From an uncultured Acidimicrobiia bacterium (lineage in GTDB: Bacteria > Actinomycetota > Acidimicrobiia > Acidimicrobiales > Ilumatobacteraceae), in contig CAWHWT010000006.1 in assembly GCA_963833145.1 (NCBI GenBank), forward strand, positions 33,221 to 97,220: a stretch of 64,000 bases of DNA. The letters run 5' to 3'. Each line of letters opens with the position of its first letter. The first letter of the stretch is position 1. The position numbers and the translations under genes are program-made. This document shows, piece by piece, positions 18,181 through 26,248 of this stretch. The notes under the pieces were generated by a model, which was not told the DNA's origin, did no database searches, and saw nothing but the letters and a program-made list of their open reading frames with translations.

Positions 18181-18882
18181 TTGTGTACCCCCCTAAGGGT
18201 GACTACCGTCGGCCATGTGAACGCCGCAGCCCGGCCGATTCGCGTGGCGCTCGTCGACGACTACGACGTCGTCGTCATCGGTCTGGCGCACCTGTTCGAT
18301 CCGTACCGGGACCGCATCGTCATCGCCGAGCTCGACACCAACCGGCCCGTCGTCGACGAGGTCGATGTCGTCCTGTACGACTCCTTCGCCCAGCCCGAGG
18401 CTGATCACGACGACCTCGCGGTCCTCGTCGACAACCCCCACGCCCGTCACGTCGTCGTCTACACGTGGAACTTCCACCCGGCGCTCATCGAGAGCGCCCT
18501 CGCCAAGGGCGCCAGCGGATACCTGTCCAAGACACTCCCCGCCCGCGACCTCGTGACGGCGATCGAGTCGATCGCAGACGGTGAGGTCATCCTCAGCGAC
18601 GCGCCCAGACGCTCCCGATCGCCGGCCGGACTCGACTGGCCGGGACGCAGCGAGGGCCTCACCGACCGCGAAGCCGAGGTCCTCGCCCTCATCACCCAAG
18701 GCAAGACCAACGTCGAGATCGCAGCGGTGATGTACCTCAGCGTCAACACCATCAAGTCCTACATCCGCTCGGCGTACCACAAGATCGGCGTGACGACGCG
18801 ACCCCACGCCATTCTGTGGGGCATCAAGCACGGCTTTCAGCCGGACTACCACCGCATCGACCACTGGCGCGGCGGGCCCTGA
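18181..18882 (+). CDS. NarL/LuxR-family response regulator (no adjacent kinase)
   Basis: The receiver-like N-terminus is IRVALVDDYDVV..VDVVLYDSF..VVVYTW..YLSK. The C-terminal HTH is LTDREAEVLALITQGKTNVEIAAVMYLSVNTIKSYIRSAYHKIG. The exact start is uncertain (TTG 18181, GTG 18199 or GTG 18217). Confidence 0.85.
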   Translation: MCTPLRVTTVGHVNAAARPIRVALVDDYDVVVIGLAHLFDPYRDRIVIAELDTNRPVVDEVDVVLYDSFAQPEADHDDLAVLVDNPHARHVVVYTWNFHPALIESALAKGASGYLSKTLPARDLVTAIESIADGEVILSDAPRRSRSPAGLDWPGRSEGLTDREAEVLALITQGKTNVEIAAVMYLSVNTIKSYIRSAYHKIGVTTRPHAILWGIKHGFQPDYHRIDHWRGGP

Positions 18883-18930
18883 GGTGCGCGCGTTCGTGCT
18901 GTCGGCTGCGTCCGGGAGACCGGCTCGTAG

Positions 18931-19062
18931 GTGTGTCTCTCGGCGCTGCCGCTCCGCGCTCACGCCTTCAGCACCGATCGCCTCGTCGCCGACGTGGGCC
19001 GGGACGTCGTCGCCCGCCGGCTGTGGCTCGACCCGTCCGACGGCGAGCCCACCAGCTCGTAA
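18931..19062 (+). pseudogene. Remnant of a GAF-ANTAR gene 3' end (inside repeat copy 2)
   Basis: The frame opens just after an in-frame TAG (18928-18930) and reads ..LRAHAFSTDRLVADVGRDVVARRLWLDPSDGEPTSS*, matching the C-terminus of ORF 8945..9712. There is no upstream GAF/ANTAR coding sequence. Confidence 0.7.
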
Positions 19063-19104
19063 CGGGCACGCTTCCCGCCACGGTCGGTCCCGTGGTTAGA
19101 TCGG
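18952..19104 (+). repeat. 153-bp direct repeat, copy 2
   Basis: See 9602..9754. It lies between the response-regulator stop (18882) and the start of the second GAF-ANTAR gene (19163). Confidence 0.9.
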
Positions 19105-19162
19105 AGTGTCGGCGCCACCAGCGACCACGGGGCACGGGGCGGCCGGCGACGGGAGGTCGAAC

Positions 19163-19891
19163 ATGACACGAGAGACGGTCTTAGCCCGCACGATGGTCGA
19201 GCTCGCCGACAACCTGGTCGACGACTTCGACGTCGTCGAACTGCTCACCACGCTGGCCGATCGCTGCGTCGAGGTGCTCGACGTCGATGCCGCCGGCATC
19301 ATGCTCGTGGGACCCAACGGTGAACTCCACCTGATGGCCTCCTCGAGCGAGACGATGCGGCTCGTCGAGCTGTTCGAACTGCAATCCCGGCAGGGACCCT
19401 GCCAGGACTGTTTCCGCACCGGCCGACCGGTCGTCAACCGGGACCTCACCAGCGACGACCTGCGCTGGCCCCGCTTCGCCGCCGTCGCGGTCAGCGAAGG
19501 ATTCCGCGCCGCCGACGCGCTCCCGATGCGGCTGCGCACCACCACCATCGGCGCCCTCAATCTGTTCCGCTCCACCACCGGCTCCCTCAACGACGACGAC
19601 GTCACCGCCGCCCAAGCGCTCGCCGACATCGCCACCATCGCGATCGTCCAACACCGCGCCGCGATCGACGCCCAAGTCCTCAACCAACAGCTCACCGAGG
19701 CGCTCACCAGCCGCATCGTCATCGAACAAGCCAAAGGAATGGTCGGCGAACGACGCCACCTGCCCATGGACGAGGCCTTCACCGTGCTCCGCCACCACGC
19801 CCGCCGCAACAACCTGCGCCTCGCCGACGTCGCCCGCCGCATCGTCGACAGCACCATCGACCCCGACACCCTCGACCTTCCACCCCACTGA
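19163..19891 (+). CDS. GAF + ANTAR domain RNA-binding regulator (paralogue 2)
   Basis: ATG 19163 lies 6 nt after GGGAGG. The GAF-like part contains AAGIMLVGPNGEL, SRQGPCQDC, LPMRLRTTTIGALNLF. The ANTAR motif is RIVIEQAKGMVGERRHLPMDEAFTVLRHHARRNNLRLADVA. Confidence 0.85.
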   Translation: MTRETVLARTMVELADNLVDDFDVVELLTTLADRCVEVLDVDAAGIMLVGPNGELHLMASSSETMRLVELFELQSRQGPCQDCFRTGRPVVNRDLTSDDLRWPRFAAVAVSEGFRAADALPMRLRTTTIGALNLFRSTTGSLNDDDVTAAQALADIATIAIVQHRAAIDAQVLNQQLTEALTSRIVIEQAKGMVGERRHLPMDEAFTVLRHHARRNNLRLADVARRIVDSTIDPDTLDLPPH

Positions 19892-20165
19892 CCACCCGAC
19901 CAGCGGGCGCGCGCCCAGCGGGCGCGCAGGCGGGGGTCAGGTCGGTACACCGAGTCGATCGTCCGGGAGCGCATCATGGGTGACGCTCTGGCCCTGCTCG
20001 TCGATGATTCCGTCGATCGGGGTGCGAGGAACGATGGACGGTGTAGTGTGACGCCCGACACGGCGACGCCCGTCGTGTCCGGGAACTGCCGCTCGAGGCA
20101 GCTTCGCTGAGCGTTGCTCGAGACCCTGGTAGCGCGTCATTGACGGCCGGGCGACCAGGAGACTC

Positions 20166-20882
20166 ATGTCGACAGCGATCATCACCGAGGGATCCGCCGA
20201 CCCGTCGTGGCGGCTTTCTCCTTCGAAGCTGTCCGTGGTGGGCGCGGTGACGAGGCGTCTCGTGCCCTACTTGATCGAGGCGACACTCATCCCCACCCTG
20301 CTGTTCTACGGCTTCTTGATCACCTTGGACTTGTGGTGGGGGATCGTCGCCGCGCTGGGGTGGTGCTACGCCGCCCTGGCTCGTCGGCTCATCGGCCGCC
20401 GGCCGATCCCCGGTCTGTTGGTGCTGGGTTGTCTCGGAATCACCGTGCGGACGGTCATCTATTTGTTGAGCGGGAACGCGTTCGTGTACTTCGCGCAACC
20501 GATCCTGCGCACGCTCGCCACTGCGGCGACGTTCGGCATCTCGGTCGTGATCGGGCGGCCGCTCATCGCCCGGTTCGCCAGCGACTTCTGCCCGCTCACC
20601 GCCGACGTTCGGGAGAGGCCGGCGATCGAGCGTCTCTTTCGGCGGCTCACCTATCTGTGGGCCGGGGTCAACGCAACTGCCGCGGCAGTCAGCCTGACGC
20701 TCCTCTTGACGGTGCCGACGGCCGTGTTCGTCGGCACGGCGACGGTCGCCGCTTGGGCCATCACCTGTACCGGAGTCATCCTCACGGTGTCGGACTCGGT
20801 TCGCACCGCTCGCTCCGAAGGACTCGCGACAGCGATCGAACCGAACGGCTCCTTACGCGCGTACGTCGCCCAACGGGCCTGA
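20166..20882 (+). CDS. Multi-pass membrane protein, function unknown
   Basis: 238 aa with about six hydrophobic segments. AGGAGA precedes ATG 20166. Confidence 0.7.
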   Translation: MSTAIITEGSADPSWRLSPSKLSVVGAVTRRLVPYLIEATLIPTLLFYGFLITLDLWWGIVAALGWCYAALARRLIGRRPIPGLLVLGCLGITVRTVIYLLSGNAFVYFAQPILRTLATAATFGISVVIGRPLIARFASDFCPLTADVRERPAIERLFRRLTYLWAGVNATAAAVSLTLLLTVPTAVFVGTATVAAWAITCTGVILTVSDSVRTARSEGLATAIEPNGSLRAYVAQRA

Positions 20883-20976
20883 CCTCGGCCGCGGCGATGG
20901 GACCGTCGGCGCGCCGCGACGCGAATCGCTCGTTTCCTCTCGACACAAGGTTTACCGATCGGATGAGGAGCAGCAG

Positions 20977-21087
20977 ATGGCCGACAAGTCGCCACGCCAG
21001 CACCAGTCGAAGAAGTCGGGCAAGAGCCTGAAGGAAAAGCGGGGGGAGAAGAAGGCGAAGCAGGCCAAGAAGCGAGGGGTGTTGTGA
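20977..21087 (+). CDS. 36-aa Lys/Arg-rich micro-protein, copy B (MADKSPRQHQSKKSGKSLKEKRGEKKAKQAKKRGVL)
   Basis: Not in the ORF track (too short). It has the same GAGGAGCAGCAG-ATG leader as copy A. The stop TGA 21085-21087 overlaps GTG 21084 of the next ORF (GTGA). Confidence 0.65.
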   Translation: MADKSPRQHQSKKSGKSLKEKRGEKKAKQAKKRGVL

Positions 21088-21374
21088 CGGGCGATCGAAC
21101 GGTCGTCGATTCCGAGGCCGATGACCAGCTCGTGATGTTGCGCACGATCGGTGACGGCGACTCCGCTGCCGGCCAGCTCGACAGCGCGGCACTCGCGCGG
21201 CGCCTCGGCTGGACAGCCGCCCGGACGGCGGCAGTGCTCGGTACCGCCAAGAGCAGCCTGCTCATCTGGGGCATCCGCGTTGGCGGCGCGCCCGCGCCGG
21301 TCTTCGAGGAGATCGAGTTGACCGTGCAAGGCCGCCGCCTCCTCACCGCCACCGACGGCCGACATCGCCGGTAG
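21084..21374 (+). CDS. Small (96 aa) conserved protein, possible winged-helix fold, copy B
   Basis: Track ORF 21084..21374, a paralogue of 1343..1624. Confidence 0.65.
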   Translation: MTGDRTVVDSEADDQLVMLRTIGDGDSAAGQLDSAALARRLGWTAARTAAVLGTAKSSLLIWGIRVGGAPAPVFEEIELTVQGRRLLTATDGRHRR

Positions 21375-21598
21375 AGTGCTTGAACACTCTTGGACGAGTC
21401 GCCTCGCTTGGGCAGGACGGCCGAAGTTGCTGTCGCCCCGTGCAGGCTCGACGCCTCTTCCGAGCCGCCAGGTCGAGGAGGCCGGATGCCTATTCCTTGG
21501 TTCCGACTTTTTGTCGGGATCGATCGAGGGCGGCTGCAGTGCGGAAGGATCCCGTCTCCTCGCCTGCTTGTGCACAACGAGCTAGTCGACACCTGGCG

Positions 21599-22738
21599 AT
21601 GACGGGCCGCCGCCGGTTGCGCTACGGCATCGTCAGCGCATGGCAGGCCGAAGACACGGCCCCGGCGCGCTTCGCCACCGCCCTTGCCGATTCGCTGGGC
21701 GGCCGGAACGACATCGCGCGAATCGCGTCCTCGACGCCCGCACCGCTCGATGCGCATCCGAGCCTCTCGATGGCGTCGCCCCGTTCCCTCGCAACGATGG
21801 CGAGCGAGTTGAACGGGTGCGACCTCGCGATCATCCACCACGGCATCGACGAGCTCTCGAGCGGTGACGGTGCGACAGTCCTCAGCTCCCGCCTGATCGA
21901 AGTCATCGACCTCGTGCACGTTCCCACGATCGTCGTGCTCCACCACGTGCCGGCCGACCCGACCGACGATCAACGCAGCATGCTCGCTCACGCGGGTCGG
22001 TCGGCCGACGCTGTCGTCGTCACCACCGCGCCGGCCGGTATCAGGTTGACCAGCGTCTACGACGTCGACCCGACCGCGCTGTGGCTGATTCGATGCAATA
22101 CGCGACAACGTCAAGGCGTCTCGCCGGAATCGCGACGAGCAGTCGTGGTCACGTGGGGGGTCGTCGGTCCGGGTAGCGGCATCGAGTGGATGATCGATGC
22201 GATGGAGCACTTGTCGGCCCTCGACGTTCGATACGTGGTCGCGGGTCCGTCACCGGACGACATGGCTGACGACGAAGCTGAGAGCTACCGCGACACGCTC
22301 GTCCGGCGATGCTGGAGTCACCGCGTCCCCGCGTACGTCTCGCTCGGGGACGACGCCGACCAGACAGCGATGGGGGAGACGTTGCGCAGCGCTGTCGCTG
22401 TGGTCATGCCACAGGACACCGCCGTGAACTACATGGACGGCCTGCTCGAGGAACTCGTTGCGGCGGAGGTCCCCATCGTGGCCACCGAGGATGCAGTGGT
22501 GTCGGCGGGTCTGCCCGCTGACGCCGTGGTGCTCGTTCCGCCGCAGGATCCCAGTGCGCTCGCCGACGCCGTTCTGCGCCTCATGATCGATCCGCATCTC
22601 GCCGAGTCGATCGTGCACCGTGCGGCGCGCATGTCGCAACCGGCCACGCCGGGAGGTATGGCGGGTCGCTTCGCTCGCGTGACCCATGCTGCGATGCGTT
22701 CGTCCTTGACCACCAGTCCGATATCCGCGTCCAGTTGA
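21599..22738 (+). CDS. GT4-like (GT-B fold) glycosyltransferase, divergent
   Basis: The track ORF starts at 21380. I prefer ATG 21599 (MTGRRRLRYGIVSAW). The C-terminal half has a GT-B-like layout (VVVTWGVVGPGSGIEW.., VPIVATED.., LVPPQDPSALADAVLRL), but the usual EX7E motif is not obvious. Confidence 0.65.
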   Translation: MTGRRRLRYGIVSAWQAEDTAPARFATALADSLGGRNDIARIASSTPAPLDAHPSLSMASPRSLATMASELNGCDLAIIHHGIDELSSGDGATVLSSRLIEVIDLVHVPTIVVLHHVPADPTDDQRSMLAHAGRSADAVVVTTAPAGIRLTSVYDVDPTALWLIRCNTRQRQGVSPESRRAVVVTWGVVGPGSGIEWMIDAMEHLSALDVRYVVAGPSPDDMADDEAESYRDTLVRRCWSHRVPAYVSLGDDADQTAMGETLRSAVAVVMPQDTAVNYMDGLLEELVAAEVPIVATEDAVVSAGLPADAVVLVPPQDPSALADAVLRLMIDPHLAESIVHRAARMSQPATPGGMAGRFARVTHAAMRSSLTTSPISASS

Positions 22739-22756
22739 TCCGAGGAGCAAGCGACG

Positions 22757-23038
22757 ATGATGAAGAAAAAGCCACGGAAGGTGACGCCGGACCCGTATCG
22801 GACGACGGCCTCACCGGACGACCTCAACCCAACCGATCGGATCGCGTTCGACATCATGGCGGGGCGTCCAGACCTCCTGCCTTCGATCGAGCGGATCATG
22901 ACGGCTGGGCTCGACAGTGATGCCACGTATCGCGCGATCAGCCTGTTCCGTGAGTCTCTGGAGAGCGGCAGCGATCCGAACCGCGACCCGCGAGTCGCGA
23001 TCGTCAATGGCACGTTGCCTCCAACCGCGCTCGGGTGA
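22757..23038 (+). CDS. Hypothetical small protein
   Basis: 93-aa ORF 18 nt after the GT4-like stop. GAGGAG lies 9 nt upstream. GC3 bias is moderate and I recognised no motif. Confidence 0.45.
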   Translation: MMKKKPRKVTPDPYRTTASPDDLNPTDRIAFDIMAGRPDLLPSIERIMTAGLDSDATYRAISLFRESLESGSDPNRDPRVAIVNGTLPPTALG

Positions 23039-23128
23039 ACTGAGAACCATCACATTGGTCGCGATGATGCGGAACACCCAAGTGAAGCGCAGCGAGGATC
23101 ACGGGCGCGATGGTCGTACCGTCTGGTG

Positions 23129-23151
23129 CGGCAGATCAGTTCGATCTGCCG
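23129..23151 (+). promoter_or_regulatory. Perfect 9-bp stem / 5-nt loop hairpin in the cold-shock gene leader
   Basis: CGGCAGATC-AGTTC-GATCTGCCG, ending 22 nt before GTG 23174, in a locally AT-richer stretch. Confidence 0.35.
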
Positions 23152-23173
23152 AGAAAGACAAAGTTGGTTCCTT

Positions 23174-23368
23174 GTGCAAGGCAAAGTGAAGTTCTTCGAT
23201 CAGAACCGTGGATTCGGTTTCATCTCCCGGGAGGACGGCGAGGACGTGTTCGTGCACGTGTCCAATCTCCAGTCCGCCGGCGCCTCGCTGGCGGAGGGTC
23301 AGACGGTTGAGTTCGAGGTCGGCCCCGGTCGCAAGAGCGAGGAAGCCAAGAACGTCCGGGCCGTCTGA
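23174..23368 (+). CDS. cspA: Cold-shock protein (CspA family)
   Basis: VQGKVKFFDQNRGFGFISREDGEDVFVHVSNL.. carries the RNP1/RNP2-like motifs KGFGFI and VFVH. The product is 64 aa from GTG 23174. Confidence 0.9.
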   Translation: MQGKVKFFDQNRGFGFISREDGEDVFVHVSNLQSAGASLAEGQTVEFEVGPGRKSEEAKNVRAV

Positions 23369-23557
23369 GCCGATCGCCCTGGAGGAGCTGCCGGATCCGT
23401 CTCGTCGGCCCGTCGGCTCCTCCGGGCCGGGCTCGACTGCCGTGACATCCCACTCTGCCCGACGCCTGTTCTGACCTGCTCGATCGAGGTGATCCTGGCG
23501 ATCAGTCGTCGCGGGAGTGCACGCGAGCGGTAGGGTGATCATGCCGTTGTACTGCCG

Positions 23558-23953
23558 TTGCTCCAGTCCTTGGTGACACACCGTCGGGCGACCAGGGAGG
23601 CACCCGTGCAGAACGATCCGGCCGAGGCTGCCAGTGATTTTCTGGCGGTGTGGAAGATCACCGATGGACGACGCTCACTATCGGTGTCGGGGGAATTGGA
23701 CCTCGCAACCGCGCCGCTGTTGGAGTCGGCGCTCGAGGGTGAGATCGAGTCCGGCAGGGACGTCACCTTCGACGTCACTGGTCTCCGGTTCATGGACGCG
23801 GCCGGCCTTGGAGTGTTCGTGAGGGCACGGCGGTCCATCGGGCGTCATGGCCGCGTCCTGTTACGTGATCCCGGTCCGATCGTGCGGCGGGTGCTCTCGC
23901 TCACGGGCCTCGACGGCGCCGCGGGCTTCCATCAGTCACCGGCTCTGAGTTGA
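23558..23953 (+). CDS. STAS-domain protein (anti-sigma-factor antagonist-like)
   Basis: The stretch LSVSGELDLATAPLLESAL..VTFDVTGLRFMDAAGLGVFVRARR..VLLRDPGPIVRRVLSLTGL is typical of STAS proteins. The start may instead be GTG 23606. Confidence 0.75.
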   Translation: MLQSLVTHRRATREAPVQNDPAEAASDFLAVWKITDGRRSLSVSGELDLATAPLLESALEGEIESGRDVTFDVTGLRFMDAAGLGVFVRARRSIGRHGRVLLRDPGPIVRRVLSLTGLDGAAGFHQSPALS

Positions 23954-24057
23954 CCTGACACTGCGGTACCGGGCACTCGCCGGCGAGCGGGCGACGACCA
24001 CGTCGCTCCAGTCGGTACAGTGCCCAGCCCGCCCGTGAGGAAGGACCGGTCAGCCCG

Positions 24058-25080
24058 ATGGGCAACAAGCCACGGCGGCGGCCGTCCGAGAGGCGTCCTC
24101 TGAAGACACGGCGGCTCGTCCTGCCGGCGGTGCTCACAGGAACTGCCGTTGCGGTCGCGATCTACGAACGACACGTCCTGTCACAGCTCGACGGCACGGC
24201 GGATCCGGAGGTCGACGACGACTTCGCGTTCCCGGCCCAGCACGTGCATGCCGTCGTCATGGCTGATGGCGGCCACCTCCACGTCGAGGAGTGCGGATCT
24301 GGGCGGCCGGTCGTCCTCCTGCACGGTCACGGTGCCAACCTCCGGATCTTCGCCCCGTTGGCGACCCGGTTGGCCGCCGGCGGGCGGCACGTCGTCGCCG
24401 TGGACCACCGTGGATTCGGGCTCTCGTCGGCGGTGCCGCCGTCGTTCGGGTTCCACGGACTGGTCGATGACCTCGCCACCCTCCTGGAAGTGCTCGACCT
24501 TCGGGACGCCGTCGTCGTCGGACACTCGATGGGCGGCGCCGTGGCACTCGGGCTCGCCGTCGAGCGCCCGGAACTCGTCGCCCGGCGCGTCGGGGCGGTG
24601 GTGTTGATCAACAGTTCGGCACGGGGTCCGGCCGACCGTCCGCTACCTCGAGCAAAGGCCGCGGCGCTGGACTGGAGCCTCACGGAGCGGGTCGGGCGCC
24701 ATGGACGCCACGGACTCGTGCTGACCCGCGCGAACTTCGGCGTCGACGCCCGACGCAGAGATGTCGAGGCCGCGCGGGCGATCGGGCTCGCCAGCCCGGC
24801 GGCACGTCGACAAGGACTCACCCGCCGCCTGCTCGGCATCGACTTCAGTGACCGCCTCGGGGAGGTGCGCGTCCCGGTCCTCGTCGTGGCGGGTGCCAAC
24901 GACCGCGTGGTCCCGGCGAGCGAGTCAGAACGGATCGTCGACTCGCTGCCCGACGCTCGGCTGGAGGTGTTCAGTGGCGCCGGCCACATGGTGCCGATCG
25001 AGCGCAGCGCCCAGGTGGCCGAGATGATCCTCCAACTCGCACCGACGCGGGGCGCCCCTAGGGCGTCGTCGGGTGCGTGA
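24058..25080 (+). CDS. Alpha/beta-fold hydrolase
   Basis: 340 aa with VVLLHGHG, the nucleophile elbow GHSMGG, and a C-terminal GAGHMVPIE. Confidence 0.85.
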   Translation: MGNKPRRRPSERRPLKTRRLVLPAVLTGTAVAVAIYERHVLSQLDGTADPEVDDDFAFPAQHVHAVVMADGGHLHVEECGSGRPVVLLHGHGANLRIFAPLATRLAAGGRHVVAVDHRGFGLSSAVPPSFGFHGLVDDLATLLEVLDLRDAVVVGHSMGGAVALGLAVERPELVARRVGAVVLINSSARGPADRPLPRAKAAALDWSLTERVGRHGRHGLVLTRANFGVDARRRDVEAARAIGLASPAARRQGLTRRLLGIDFSDRLGEVRVPVLVVAGANDRVVPASESERIVDSLPDARLEVFSGAGHMVPIERSAQVAEMILQLAPTRGAPRASSGA

Positions 25081-26020
25081 CCAGGCGACGCCTGATCGCC
25101 TCCGGCGTCGGTGAGTGGACGTCAGTCGCCCACGACAGTCGTTCGAAGACGGCGATGAGCCGGGCCGAGGTGTCCCACTGGCCGCGCAACAGGCCGTGGC
25201 GAGCGGAGCGCGGGAAGGCGTGGTGTCCGTTGTGCCATGACTCGCCCATGGTGACGATCGCGAGGGCACCGATGTTGCTGCTGCGGTCCTTCGACGCAAA
25301 CGGGCGTCGACCGAACATGTGGCAGAGCGAGTTGACGCTCCACGTCGCGTGATGCAGCACGAAGACCCGGACGAGACCGGCCCACAGCAGCGCGCTGATC
25401 GCAGCGCCCACACTTCCACCGAGCAACCAGCCGACTCCGAAGGGGAGGGCGAGGGACAGCACGCACCACATCGGGAACGTCGCGTTGACCACCACGATGT
25501 CACGATCAGCCAGCAGGTCCGCGGCGTGACGACGCAACGAGGCGCCGCGGGCGGTGAACATCCAGCCCACGTGGGCGTGCCACAGACCCTTCAGCTGACC
25601 GCCCGGGCCCCCGCCGTGGTGCTGCGGAGAGTGCGGATCCGCGGCCGAGTCGGCGAAGACATGGTGCTGACGGTGATTGGCCACCCAACTGATCGGCCCT
25701 CCCTCGAAGGCCATCGACCCCAGCGCGACGAGGGCGAATTTCAGCGGCCGGCAGGCTTTGAACGCCTTGTGGGCGAGAAGGCGATGGAAGCCGATCGTCA
25801 CGCCGTGACCGACGAGCCCGTACAGGACCACCGCCAACAGCACGTCACGAAGCTCGAGCCCGTCGCCCCAGAAGCGGATCACGCCGAGCACGAGGGCGAC
25901 GAACGGAATCCCAACGATCAGGAGGGTGATCGTGCGCGCCTTGCCGTCCGGTCGCCCCTCGTCCTCCTCGACCGGAGGCGGCGTCGATGAGGCTGAAGAG
26001 ATCTGGTCCAGCGACATCAT
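25058..26020 (-). CDS. Membrane acyl-CoA/fatty-acid desaturase
   Basis: Three His boxes are present: HRLLAHKAF, HRQHHVFAD, HNGHHAFP. GAAGGAG precedes ATG 26020. Confidence 0.9.
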   Translation of the reverse strand: MMSLDQISSASSTPPPVEEDEGRPDGKARTITLLIVGIPFVALVLGVIRFWGDGLELRDVLLAVVLYGLVGHGVTIGFHRLLAHKAFKACRPLKFALVALGSMAFEGGPISWVANHRQHHVFADSAADPHSPQHHGGGPGGQLKGLWHAHVGWMFTARGASLRRHAADLLADRDIVVVNATFPMWCVLSLALPFGVGWLLGGSVGAAISALLWAGLVRVFVLHHATWSVNSLCHMFGRRPFASKDRSSNIGALAIVTMGESWHNGHHAFPRSARHGLLRGQWDTSARLIAVFERLSWATDVHSPTPEAIRRRLVTHPTTP

Positions 26021-26248
26021 GGCTCCTTCGCGACAGATCTGCGCGTCCCGGCGGGACGAACGCCCGACCAGGGTCTGGAGCCGGCGTCATCGCGCCGATG
26101 TCACGACGCGAGGCGCTCGTCAACCTACCTGATCAGTCAGCGCCTCCGCGCGGCGCGCCGGCGTCGGCGAAGAGACCCACCCATCCGCCGTCGACGAAAC
26201 TGTGACCGGAGCGGGCGGATGTCGGTACCGAGCGGTCTCAGTTCACCG

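Noticed and set aside
9602-19104. The repeat-bracketed 9.35-kb block as an integrative or mobile element with attL/attR.
   Set aside because: There is no integrase, recombinase, transposase, tRNA target or conjugation gene inside or beside it. The repeats are 153 bp with 8 mismatches rather than short identical core sites. It is kept only as a rearrangement or recombination substrate.
19900-19927. Tandem CCAGCGGGCGCGC x2 containing the 12-nt palindrome GGGCGCGCGCCC just after the stop of GAF-ANTAR gene 2.
   Set aside because: It may be a weak terminator. However, the palindrome leaves almost no loop, and the motif is low-complexity GC sequence, so it is not convincing enough to annotate.
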